DNA of 64,000 nucleotides from Phenylobacterium sp. (GTDB lineage Bacteria; Pseudomonadota; Alphaproteobacteria; Caulobacterales; Caulobacteraceae): NCBI RefSeq assembly GCF_035309685.1, contig NZ_DATGEX010000007.1, positions 14,643 to 78,642 of the forward strand, read 5' to 3'. Shown piece by piece: positions 38,495 to 45,727 of this stretch (position 1 is its first letter; each line of letters starts with the position of its first letter). The notes under the pieces were generated by a model. It saw only the letters and a program-made list of their open reading frames with translations, ran no database searches and was not told where the DNA came from. The position numbers and the translations under genes were made by a program.

Positions 38495-41400
38495 GGCTTG
38501 CTCCCCTGCGGGCTCGGTTTGGCGTCCTTGTCACGCTTGCGCCAGATCTCTTCGCTGCCGGCGCCGGTGGTGACCGGATCGGTGAGCACGGCGTCGGCTT
38601 CCGGCGGCGCCGAGGACAACAGCGGCGGCCCGCTGTTGCGTCCGCCGGCGGCCTTGGCCGCACTGCCCTTGCCGCCGCCGCTGGAGCCGCCGCCGGACGA
38701 GCCGTCGCCGGAGTCCCCGGAATCGCCTGACCCGCCGCCGGCGGTGTCGGCGCCCAGTCCGCCGCCGCCGGTCGAGCTGACATTCAGCGTGGGCGTGTTC
38801 TGCGCCAGGTTGCTGGTCACCGTGGTCGCCCCCGCGCACTGGTTGGTGCCGAGCGTGCAGCTGTCGAAGCGGTAGATCGCGCCTAGCGGGGCGGAGGTCG
38901 GATTGCCCGCGGAGTCGACGATGGTGAAGGCCACGCCCGCGCCGGCCGAGAAGCTCGACACCACCTGGCCGCCCTGGCTGACGAACGAGCCGTAGAGGTC
39001 GACGAGCTGCGGCGGATCGATGATCAGGTCCGGCGTGACGGCGGTGGCGCCGGGCTTGCCGGTCAGGAACAGGCCCACCGACTGGTCGGGCGTCGGGCCG
39101 GTGTTCTGCGAGACCACCTTGCCCGAGGCGGAGAGCTCCAGGTCGCCGGCCGCCACCAGCACACGGTTCTGCTCCGCGGCGGTCGCCGCCACGCCGGCCG
39201 GTTTGTTCTTGCCGATCTCGATGTCGGCATTGGACGTCGACTGGATCAGGCTGATGAAGCGCTGAGAGCCGATGATGATGTCGTTGGTCGCGAACAGCCG
39301 CACGTCGTCGAAGTCGCGGACGTTGGAATAGCTTCCGTTGCTGTAGGCCGCCGCGCCGATCTGACCGCTGACCAGGATCGAATCCGGCTTCCAGGACCCG
39401 TTGGCGTTGTCGCCGATGTGGACGACGCCGCCCGAGGCCGTGGGCGCGATCAGGCCCTGGACCAGGGCGTTGTGCCCGGTCCCGACCAGGAAGTTCACCT
39501 GCGGTGTCGAGGCCGGATTGACGTCCAGGTTGAGGATCGTCAGATCGCCGCGCGTCGCGCCGGCCGCGAGGCCCGCATAGAGGTTCACCTGGCCCTTGGC
39601 GTGGATCTGGCCGAACTCGGTGTTGTCGAGCCATAGGCCCGACGCAGGCGCGGAGCCGCCGCCGACCTGCAGGGCGCCGGTGGCGGATTCGATCTGCACG
39701 TTCTGGGCGTTGATCGCGCCGCCGAGCGTCAGGTCGTTGGCGATGATGTCGACATTGCCGGGCGCGTTGACGCCTTGCAGCGTGGCCATGCCACCGACGT
39801 TGAGCGTGACATTGCGGCCCGCGGTCAAGGCGCTGCCGGCGGTGAAGGCGCCGGGCGTGGTGATCGACAGGTCGCGGCCGATGGCGGCGAGCTGTTGGCC
39901 CAGCGACAGGCTGGAGCCCTGCACGATGAGGTCGCGGCCGGCCTGGAACTTGGCGACGTTGACCGCGCCGTTCGAGGCTTTCAGCGTCAGGTCCTGGCCC
40001 GCCATGACGGCGCCCGCGGTGACGCTGCGGCCGGTGAGGGTGATCGAGCCGGAGGACGCGGTGATATCGCCGACCGTCAGCGCGCCGACCGCGCCGATGC
40101 TCAGGTTGCGGGTGGCGACCAGGGCCGCCGACGAGGTGAAATCGCCGCCGGTGGTCATCAGGGTCACGTCGCGGCCCGCGGTCACGGCGTTGAAGGTCAC
40201 GCTGGGCGCCGTCAGGCTGGCGTCGCGGCCCGCGGTCACCGTCAGGGCGCCGGGCAAGGCGGTCGGCAGCTGTACGGTGGCGTCGAGGCCGCCGACCACG
40301 CTGACCGCCGTGGCGCCGGTCACCGAGCCGGTCGCCGAGCCAAGGGTTGCGCTGCCGGAGACCGACTGGACGGCGAGCACGCGGCCGTTGCCGGCCTTGT
40401 CGGGATTGCCGCCGAAGCCCGGGCCGACTTGGTCCGCAGCGGCCCCGGTCAGGGTGGCGTTGGTCAGGGAGGCGTCACCGCCGCTGGCCAGCACATAGAT
40501 GTCGTCGCCCGCCTTGGCGGTCCCCACCGAGGCCCCGCCGGAGGACGAGACGTAGATGTCGTTGGCGCTGACAGCGTGGGCGACCGTGATGCCGCCGCCC
40601 TGCAGCAGCACCTCGTTGGCGCTGACCGTGCCGACGTTGAGCGTGCCCGCCTGCAGATTGGCGGTCCCGCCGGCGGTCACCGTGGTGAGCGAGGCGGAGG
40701 CCAGGTCGACCGTGACGTTGCCGGCGGCGTTGAGCACGATCGATCCGCCCGAGGCGGAGCCCGATCCGTCGCCAAGTCCGATGTCGCCGGCCGACTGCAC
40801 ATTGAGCGTCTGGCCGGCGCCGCCGGTCAGGCTGAGGCTGTCGAACTGCACCGAGCCAGCCGAGCTGATCGTGCCGGCGCCTGCGGCGGTGACCGATCCG
40901 GCGAGAAGGTCGCCGCCTTCGCTCTTCAGCGTCAGGGCGCGGCCCGCCGAGAGGCTGTTGGCCTGCAGGGTGTCGCTGTCGATGATGAGATCCCGGCCCG
41001 CTTTTGCCGAGCCAAGGTTTATGGCCTCGCTGGCCATCAGTATGGTGTCCCGGCCGGCCGTGAGATTCGAGACCTCGAGGTCGTTGACCACGCTGTGCAG
41101 GCGCGCCGAGATGAGCGGGCCGCCGAGCGCCAGTTCGCACCCGCTGATGCAGTCGTCGCCGCCGCCTCCGAAGCCGTTGCCGCCGCCGCCGTCACAACCG
41201 ATGGCGTCGAGATTGTTGCAGCCGTCGCCAGGCGGCGGCGGCGGCACGAAGGCCGGCGGCGGCCCGTCCGGCGGCGGCGGCGGGGGCGGGCGCACATAGG
41301 GGTCGCCGAACACCTGGCCGCCGGTCTCCAGCACGATGTCGCGCGAGGCCGAGGAGGTGCGCAGATAGATGTCGGTCGGGGTGCCGCCGGCGTCCGGCCC

Positions 41401-42357
41401 CGGCTGCTTGCCGACGATGCCGCTGCGGCCCGACAGGATGATGTCGCCGCCGTCGGCGGTCACCGCCTGGGCGGTGATCATGCCTTGCAGGTTGATCACC
41501 GAGCTGGAGGCCTGGCTTCGGCTGACCGCGGCCACGAACACCGAGTTGGCGCTGGTGGAGTTCTGCAGGTCCATCAGGACCTGGGCGTCGCTGCCGTTGG
41601 GAATGATGAAGTCGACCAGGTCGAAATCGCCGGGTGCGTTCTGCGCCAGGGTGAGCTTGAAGCCCGTCGCCGCGCCGTAAAGGACGTTGGAGCCGTTCTG
41701 GCCGGTGACGGCGGTCCCGGCGCCCGTGATGATGGTCGGCGCAATGATCGCCACCAGGCCGCCGTGGCCGTTGATCGAAGAGCCGGGCAGCATGCCGATC
41801 GCCGGCTGGTCGACGACCTCGGCGCCGGGGAAGACGAAGGTCAGGTTGTTCGGATCGAGGAAGGTCGCGAGATCCGGCGCGGCGGTGCTGAGCAGGAGGC
41901 CGCCGGCGTCGATCTGGGCGCCCTCGCCGATGATCATGCCGCTGTGCGAGGCGAACCAGATGTTGCCGCCGAACGCCCCGTTCACGTGGCCGGCGATCGT
42001 GCCGTCGATTTCCGGCGTCTTGTTGTCCTGGATGCGGTTGAGCACGATCCAGTTGCGGGCGTTGAAGTTGTAGTTGACCGTCTCGCCGCTGGCGACGTTG
42101 TAGGTCGACCAGTCGATCACCGTGCGCGGCGCGTTCAGCCCCACATTGGTGGTCCCGGCCGTGCTGCTGATCGAGGGCAGGGCGCCGCCCGGATTGACCT
42201 GGCTCTGCCCGGTCCAGACCGGCAGGGCGTAGCTCGGCGAGGCGATGGAAACGACAACGCCCATCAGGGCGCCGCAAAGCGCGGTGCGGCACAGGAGATC
42301 GCGCCGGGCCGGGGCGCCGCGGTGGCGGTTGATGTGGCGGGCGGGCGAAGAGGTCAT
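38491..42357 (-). CDS. filamentous-haemagglutinin-type TpsA exoprotein (1288 aa)
   Basis: N-terminal TPS secretion domain (VIDWSTYNVASGETVNYNF ... LNRI ... IDGTI ... GNIWFASHSGMIIGEGAQIDAGGLLLST). The middle is made of AGRD(L/V/T)-type beta-helix repeats. Gly/Ser/Asp-rich C-terminal tail. GGAG Shine-Dalgarno before the ATG at 42357. Confidence 0.88.
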   Translation of the reverse strand: MTSSPARHINRHRGAPARRDLLCRTALCGALMGVVVSIASPSYALPVWTGQSQVNPGGALPSISSTAGTTNVGLNAPRTVIDWSTYNVASGETVNYNFNARNWIVLNRIQDNKTPEIDGTIAGHVNGAFGGNIWFASHSGMIIGEGAQIDAGGLLLSTAAPDLATFLDPNNLTFVFPGAEVVDQPAIGMLPGSSINGHGGLVAIIAPTIITGAGTAVTGQNGSNVLYGAATGFKLTLAQNAPGDFDLVDFIIPNGSDAQVLMDLQNSTSANSVFVAAVSRSQASSSVINLQGMITAQAVTADGGDIILSGRSGIVGKQPGPDAGGTPTDIYLRTSSASRDIVLETGGQVFGDPYVRPPPPPPPDGPPPAFVPPPPPGDGCNNLDAIGCDGGGGNGFGGGGDDCISGCELALGGPLISARLHSVVNDLEVSNLTAGRDTILMASEAINLGSAKAGRDLIIDSDTLQANSLSAGRALTLKSEGGDLLAGSVTAAGAGTISSAGSVQFDSLSLTGGAGQTLNVQSAGDIGLGDGSGSASGGSIVLNAAGNVTVDLASASLTTVTAGGTANLQAGTLNVGTVSANEVLLQGGGITVAHAVSANDIYVSSSGGASVGTAKAGDDIYVLASGGDASLTNATLTGAAADQVGPGFGGNPDKAGNGRVLAVQSVSGSATLGSATGSVTGATAVSVVGGLDATVQLPTALPGALTVTAGRDASLTAPSVTFNAVTAGRDVTLMTTGGDFTSSAALVATRNLSIGAVGALTVGDITASSGSITLTGRSVTAGAVMAGQDLTLKASNGAVNVAKFQAGRDLIVQGSSLSLGQQLAAIGRDLSITTPGAFTAGSALTAGRNVTLNVGGMATLQGVNAPGNVDIIANDLTLGGAINAQNVQIESATGALQVGGGSAPASGLWLDNTEFGQIHAKGQVNLYAGLAAGATRGDLTILNLDVNPASTPQVNFLVGTGHNALVQGLIAPTASGGVVHIGDNANGSWKPDSILVSGQIGAAAYSNGSYSNVRDFDDVRLFATNDIIIGSQRFISLIQSTSNADIEIGKNKPAGVAATAAEQNRVLVAAGDLELSASGKVVSQNTGPTPDQSVGLFLTGKPGATAVTPDLIIDPPQLVDLYGSFVSQGGQVVSSFSAGAGVAFTIVDSAGNPTSAPLGAIYRFDSCTLGTNQCAGATTVTSNLAQNTPTLNVSSTGGGGLGADTAGGGSGDSGDSGDGSSGGGSSGGGKGSAAKAAGGRNSGPPLLSSAPPEADAVLTDPVTTGAGSEEIWRKRDKDAKPSPQGSKP
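39720..41070 (-). repeat. degenerate ~20-residue beta-helix repeats inside the TpsA gene
   Basis: Recurring (L/V)(T/S)AGRD(x)(T/S/L)(L/I) units, for example LTAGRDTIL, AKAGRDLII, LSAGRALTL, VTAGRDASL, VTAGRDVTL, MAGQDLTL, QAGRDLIV, AIGRDLSI and LTAGRNVTL. Boundaries are approximate. Confidence 0.6.
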
Positions 42358-42371
42358 GCTGGCGTCTCCCC

Positions 42372-44135
42372 CTAGAAGAAACTGGCGGTCAGGTTGACGA
42401 GCAGGCGCCCCGCGGGCCGCGGGCCCCCGGCCGTCACCGCGTCGATCGGCTTGGCGTAGGTGAGCTCCAGATTGGCCCGGTTGGCCAGCCGCAAGGTCAC
42501 CCCTGCGCCGAAGGACCGCAGCGTCCGGCTGGGGGTCAGGCCCGAGAGGCCCGCCTCGTTGTTGTGTACGAACCCCTGGTCGTAGAAGACGAAGGGCGAG
42601 GCCAGAATCTGGGGATAGAGCTGCACGAAGGCGTAGCGCAGGTCGAGCGCCGCCGCGGCCCCGGTGTCGCCCAGCACGACCGCCGGGTCATAGCCGCGCC
42701 CGACGCTGAGATCGCCCAGCGAAATCTGCTCATAGGGCGTCAGCGCCTTGTCCGAGTATTGCGCCTGCGCGCGCAGGCTGGCGCTGATCGGGCCGGCGAC
42801 CGGGGCGCTGACGCCTGCCGTGGCGCGCACCAGAAAGGCGTCGGGCGCGGCGAACTCGCGGGTCGCCAGGTCCGCGCCCTGGCGGGTCGCGCCCAGGCCG
42901 GTGAGCCCTTTGCGGAGCGTGAGCGAACCGTCCAGCAGGAAGTTCCTGTCGAAGCCGTAGGCGCGCATGTCGCCATCGGCGCGCAGGTAGGCCACCCGGA
43001 CATTGTCCTTGGTGAGCGCGCCCCCGCCGACCTGGCCTTCGCCCTGATCGGTCTCCTGGTTGATGACGTCGAGCCCGCCGGCGATGTTGAGGTTCAGCCG
43101 CCGCCGGCGGATCAGCGGGTAGGAGAGCTCCACATTGCCCACCGCCGAGGTGGTCTTCAGGTCGAGCGGCTTCAGCACGTCGCCCGGCCGGCTCTCGCCA
43201 TAGACCGCGGAGGCGTGGACCATCAGGCCGTCGGCGCCGATCCGCGCGGCCTCCTGCAGCTGGACCACCCACTGCTCGTTGGAATCGAGGGTGTGGAAGG
43301 CCACCAGGGTGGTGTCCTCCCCCAGCGGGGTGAAGCTGCGCGCATCGCCCCGCACCAGCCCGCCCCAGCGGCCGACGGTCTTGGAGCCCATGTTCTGGGC
43401 GTTGCCGACCGCGCTGAAGGCGGTGCGCGAGACCGTGACGTCGATGTCGACCGCGCCGCGCTCCGGGCTGACCGAAGGCTTGATCGCGGCGCGCACCCGG
43501 ACGCCCGGGATATCGGAGGCCAGCAGCAGGTAGCGCTGGGCCTTCTTCATGTCGAAGGGCTTCATGCCCCGCAGCTTCTCGACATAGCGCTCGACCGCGG
43601 CCTGGGCCGGGCCGATGTCGCCGCGCACCCGGACGTTGACCACATGCGCCTCGATCACGTCGAGGATCAGGGCTCCGCCGGCGATCCGTTGCTCTGGAAT
43701 TTCCACGCGGGCCAGGATGCCGCGGTCGAACAGCGTCTGCGCCGCCCGGTCGCGGATCTGGCAGATCACGCCCACCTTCTGCGGCTTGCCGATGAATTCG
43801 CGGTAGGTCGGCCCGAAGTCTTCCGCCTTCAGCGCCGTCGAGCCGCGGAAGGTCACCGCGCCCAGAGTCACCGACACGTCGGAGTCGGCCAAGGGGCAGG
43901 GCCCCGGCGGTTCCGGCTGGAAGATGTCGGTATCGCGCGGCTGCAGACGCGGCACGCGCGCCGCCGGATTGAGTTCCGGGGCCGAAAGTCCTGTGGCGGC
44001 GGCTGACGGGGGAATGGTTCCCGGCGGCGCCCCGCCCGGCGCCGTCTGAGCCCAGGCCGCTCCGGACCCGGTGAGCGCGGTGGCGGCAAAGGCCAAAACC
44101 GTGCGCGTACCGAGGCCTACGCGAAGCGCCCTCAT
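42372..44135 (-). CDS. ShlB/FhaC/HecB-family TpsB outer-membrane translocator (POTRA + 16-strand barrel type)
   Basis: Signal peptide MRALRVGLGTRTVLAFAATALTGSGAAWAQ. POTRA-like N-terminal region. L6-type motif SLGDLSVGRGYDP. C-terminal ...LLVNLTASFF with terminal Phe. ATG at 44135 chosen. Confidence 0.85.
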   Translation of the reverse strand: MRALRVGLGTRTVLAFAATALTGSGAAWAQTAPGGAPPGTIPPSAAATGLSAPELNPAARVPRLQPRDTDIFQPEPPGPCPLADSDVSVTLGAVTFRGSTALKAEDFGPTYREFIGKPQKVGVICQIRDRAAQTLFDRGILARVEIPEQRIAGGALILDVIEAHVVNVRVRGDIGPAQAAVERYVEKLRGMKPFDMKKAQRYLLLASDIPGVRVRAAIKPSVSPERGAVDIDVTVSRTAFSAVGNAQNMGSKTVGRWGGLVRGDARSFTPLGEDTTLVAFHTLDSNEQWVVQLQEAARIGADGLMVHASAVYGESRPGDVLKPLDLKTTSAVGNVELSYPLIRRRRLNLNIAGGLDVINQETDQGEGQVGGGALTKDNVRVAYLRADGDMRAYGFDRNFLLDGSLTLRKGLTGLGATRQGADLATREFAAPDAFLVRATAGVSAPVAGPISASLRAQAQYSDKALTPYEQISLGDLSVGRGYDPAVVLGDTGAAAALDLRYAFVQLYPQILASPFVFYDQGFVHNNEAGLSGLTPSRTLRSFGAGVTLRLANRANLELTYAKPIDAVTAGGPRPAGRLLVNLTASFF

Positions 44136-44341
44136 CCGTAGCTTCCCCCCAAACACGAGCCGATTCTAATGCTTCGGATAACGCCAATTTACAATGGTTT
44201 TCTTGGATAAACAGCAACTTCGCGGCAGAGGCGAACTTCTCGTCGCATCGTCCATTGCGTCTTTCACGGGGCCCGGCATTACTGCTACCTAAGCCGACTG
44301 CGGGGCGCTAAGATTCCCGCTGGGGCATCGTTGGAGCGGCG
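44136..44341. promoter_or_regulatory. divergent promoter region between the TPS locus and the cytochrome locus
   Basis: A 206-bp non-coding gap between two diverging first genes. It is visibly more AT-rich than its surroundings (for example ttctaatgcttcggataacgccaatttacaatggttttcttggataaacagc). No specific promoter motif identified. Confidence 0.4.
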
Positions 44342-45727
44342 ATGGGGCGGGGACACGCAAACGGAGTGATCGGCCTTCTCTGCGCCGCGTTTGCCGCGGC
44401 CGTGGCGCTGAGCCTTGCGCCGCGCGTGCTCGCCGACCCGGAGCCCGTGGCCGGCCGCGCCGGCGTCCACGAAGGCGTCGCCACCTGCGCCGGCTCGACC
44501 TGCCATAGCCGCCCGGTGGCCAGCGGCCTGGTGGTGCGCCAGAACGAGCTGATCACCTGGCAGGACCCGCACACCGAGGCCGGCGCCCACAGCCGCGCCT
44601 GGAAGGTGCTGACCCAGCCCCGCGCCGAGGCCATCGCCAAGCGCCTGGACATCGGCCCGGCGGAAAAGGCGCCGGCCTGCCTCGCCTGCCACGCCGATCC
44701 GGCTCCGGCCGGTCAGCGCGGCCCCCGCTTCCAGATCTCCGACGGTGTCGGCTGCGAGGCCTGCCACGGCGGGGCCGGCGGCTGGATCGCCAGCCACTAT
44801 GCGGTGGGCGCGACCCACGCCGCCAATGTCGGGCGCGGCATGATCGCGCTGGACGATCCCAAGACCCGCGCCGCGCGCTGCCTCGACTGCCATTTCGGCG
44901 GCGCGGGCGAGAACCAGTTCGTCAGCCACCGGCTGATGGCCGCCGGCCACCCGCAGATCAGCTTCGAACTCGACCTGTTCACCAGTCTGCAGAAGCACCA
45001 CGACATCGACGCCGACTATGTCTCGCGGCGCAAGGTTGTGGCCGGTCCGGTGAAGACCTGGGCCGTGGGCCAGGCCATGGCGCTCGACCGGATGCTGACG
45101 CTCTACGGCCCGCGCCACACCGGCGGCGCCTTCCCGGACTTCGTGTTCTTCGACTGCCAGAGCTGCCACCGGACGTTCTCGTCCGACGATCCCAAGTGGC
45201 GGCCGGTCTCCGAGCCCAACCCGGGCCGGCCGATCCCGGTGGGGGCCCCGCCATTCAACGACGCCAACATGATCATGCTGTCGGCCGCGGCGAAGGTGGC
45301 GGCGCCGGCGCTGGCCGGACGCTTCGAGACCGAGAGCCGCGATTTCCACCAGGCGCTGGCCCAGAACGGCGGCGTGGCGGCGGCCAAGGCGACGGCGCTG
45401 GCCGCGACCTCGAAGTCGCTGGCCGACGCCTTCGCCCGGCACGACTTCAGCCGCGCCGAGACGCTGGCCATCTTCCAGGGCCTGCTGAGCGGCGAGACCG
45501 CCCGGCGCTACACCGACTATAGCGGGGCCTCGCAGGCGGTGATGGCGGCCGACACCCTGCTGAACGGCCTTGTGGCCGACGGCGCTCTCGACCGCGCCCA
45601 GGCCGCCCGCGTGCGGCCCGATCTCGACCGCGCCTATGCTGCGGTGCGCGATCCCAACGCCTTCCATCCCGCCGAGGCGCGCGCGGCGCTCTTGGCCGTG
45701 GCCGAAAAGGTGAGGGGGCTGAAGTGA
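44342..45727 (+). CDS. multihaem c-type cytochrome (4 CXXCH + 1 CX4CH), exported
   Basis: Signal peptide GLLCAAFAAAVALSLAPRVLA. Haem motifs CAGSTCH, CLACH, CEACH, CLDCH and CQSCH. The C-terminal ~170 aa are helical and Ala-rich with no haem sites. Confidence 0.85.
   Translation: MGRGHANGVIGLLCAAFAAAVALSLAPRVLADPEPVAGRAGVHEGVATCAGSTCHSRPVASGLVVRQNELITWQDPHTEAGAHSRAWKVLTQPRAEAIAKRLDIGPAEKAPACLACHADPAPAGQRGPRFQISDGVGCEACHGGAGGWIASHYAVGATHAANVGRGMIALDDPKTRAARCLDCHFGGAGENQFVSHRLMAAGHPQISFELDLFTSLQKHHDIDADYVSRRKVVAGPVKTWAVGQAMALDRMLTLYGPRHTGGAFPDFVFFDCQSCHRTFSSDDPKWRPVSEPNPGRPIPVGAPPFNDANMIMLSAAAKVAAPALAGRFETESRDFHQALAQNGGVAAAKATALAATSKSLADAFARHDFSRAETLAIFQGLLSGETARRYTDYSGASQAVMAADTLLNGLVADGALDRAQAARVRPDLDRAYAAVRDPNAFHPAEARAALLAVAEKVRGLK

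Noticed and set aside
35912-42375. 816-aa and 866-aa plus-strand ORFs (35912-38362 and 39775-42375) across the TPS/CHAT locus.
   Set aside because: They are antisense shadows of the CHAT and TpsA genes. The products are Arg/Gly/Ala/Asp-rich low-complexity sequences without domains, whereas the minus-strand products carry TPS, beta-helix-repeat and CHAT signatures.
33613-44135. Reading the TPS locus as a contact-dependent inhibition (CdiBAI) system.
   Set aside because: The TpsA C-terminus has no VENN/pretoxin or toxin-like domain. The gene immediately downstream is a 1057-aa secreted CHAT protein, not a small immunity protein.
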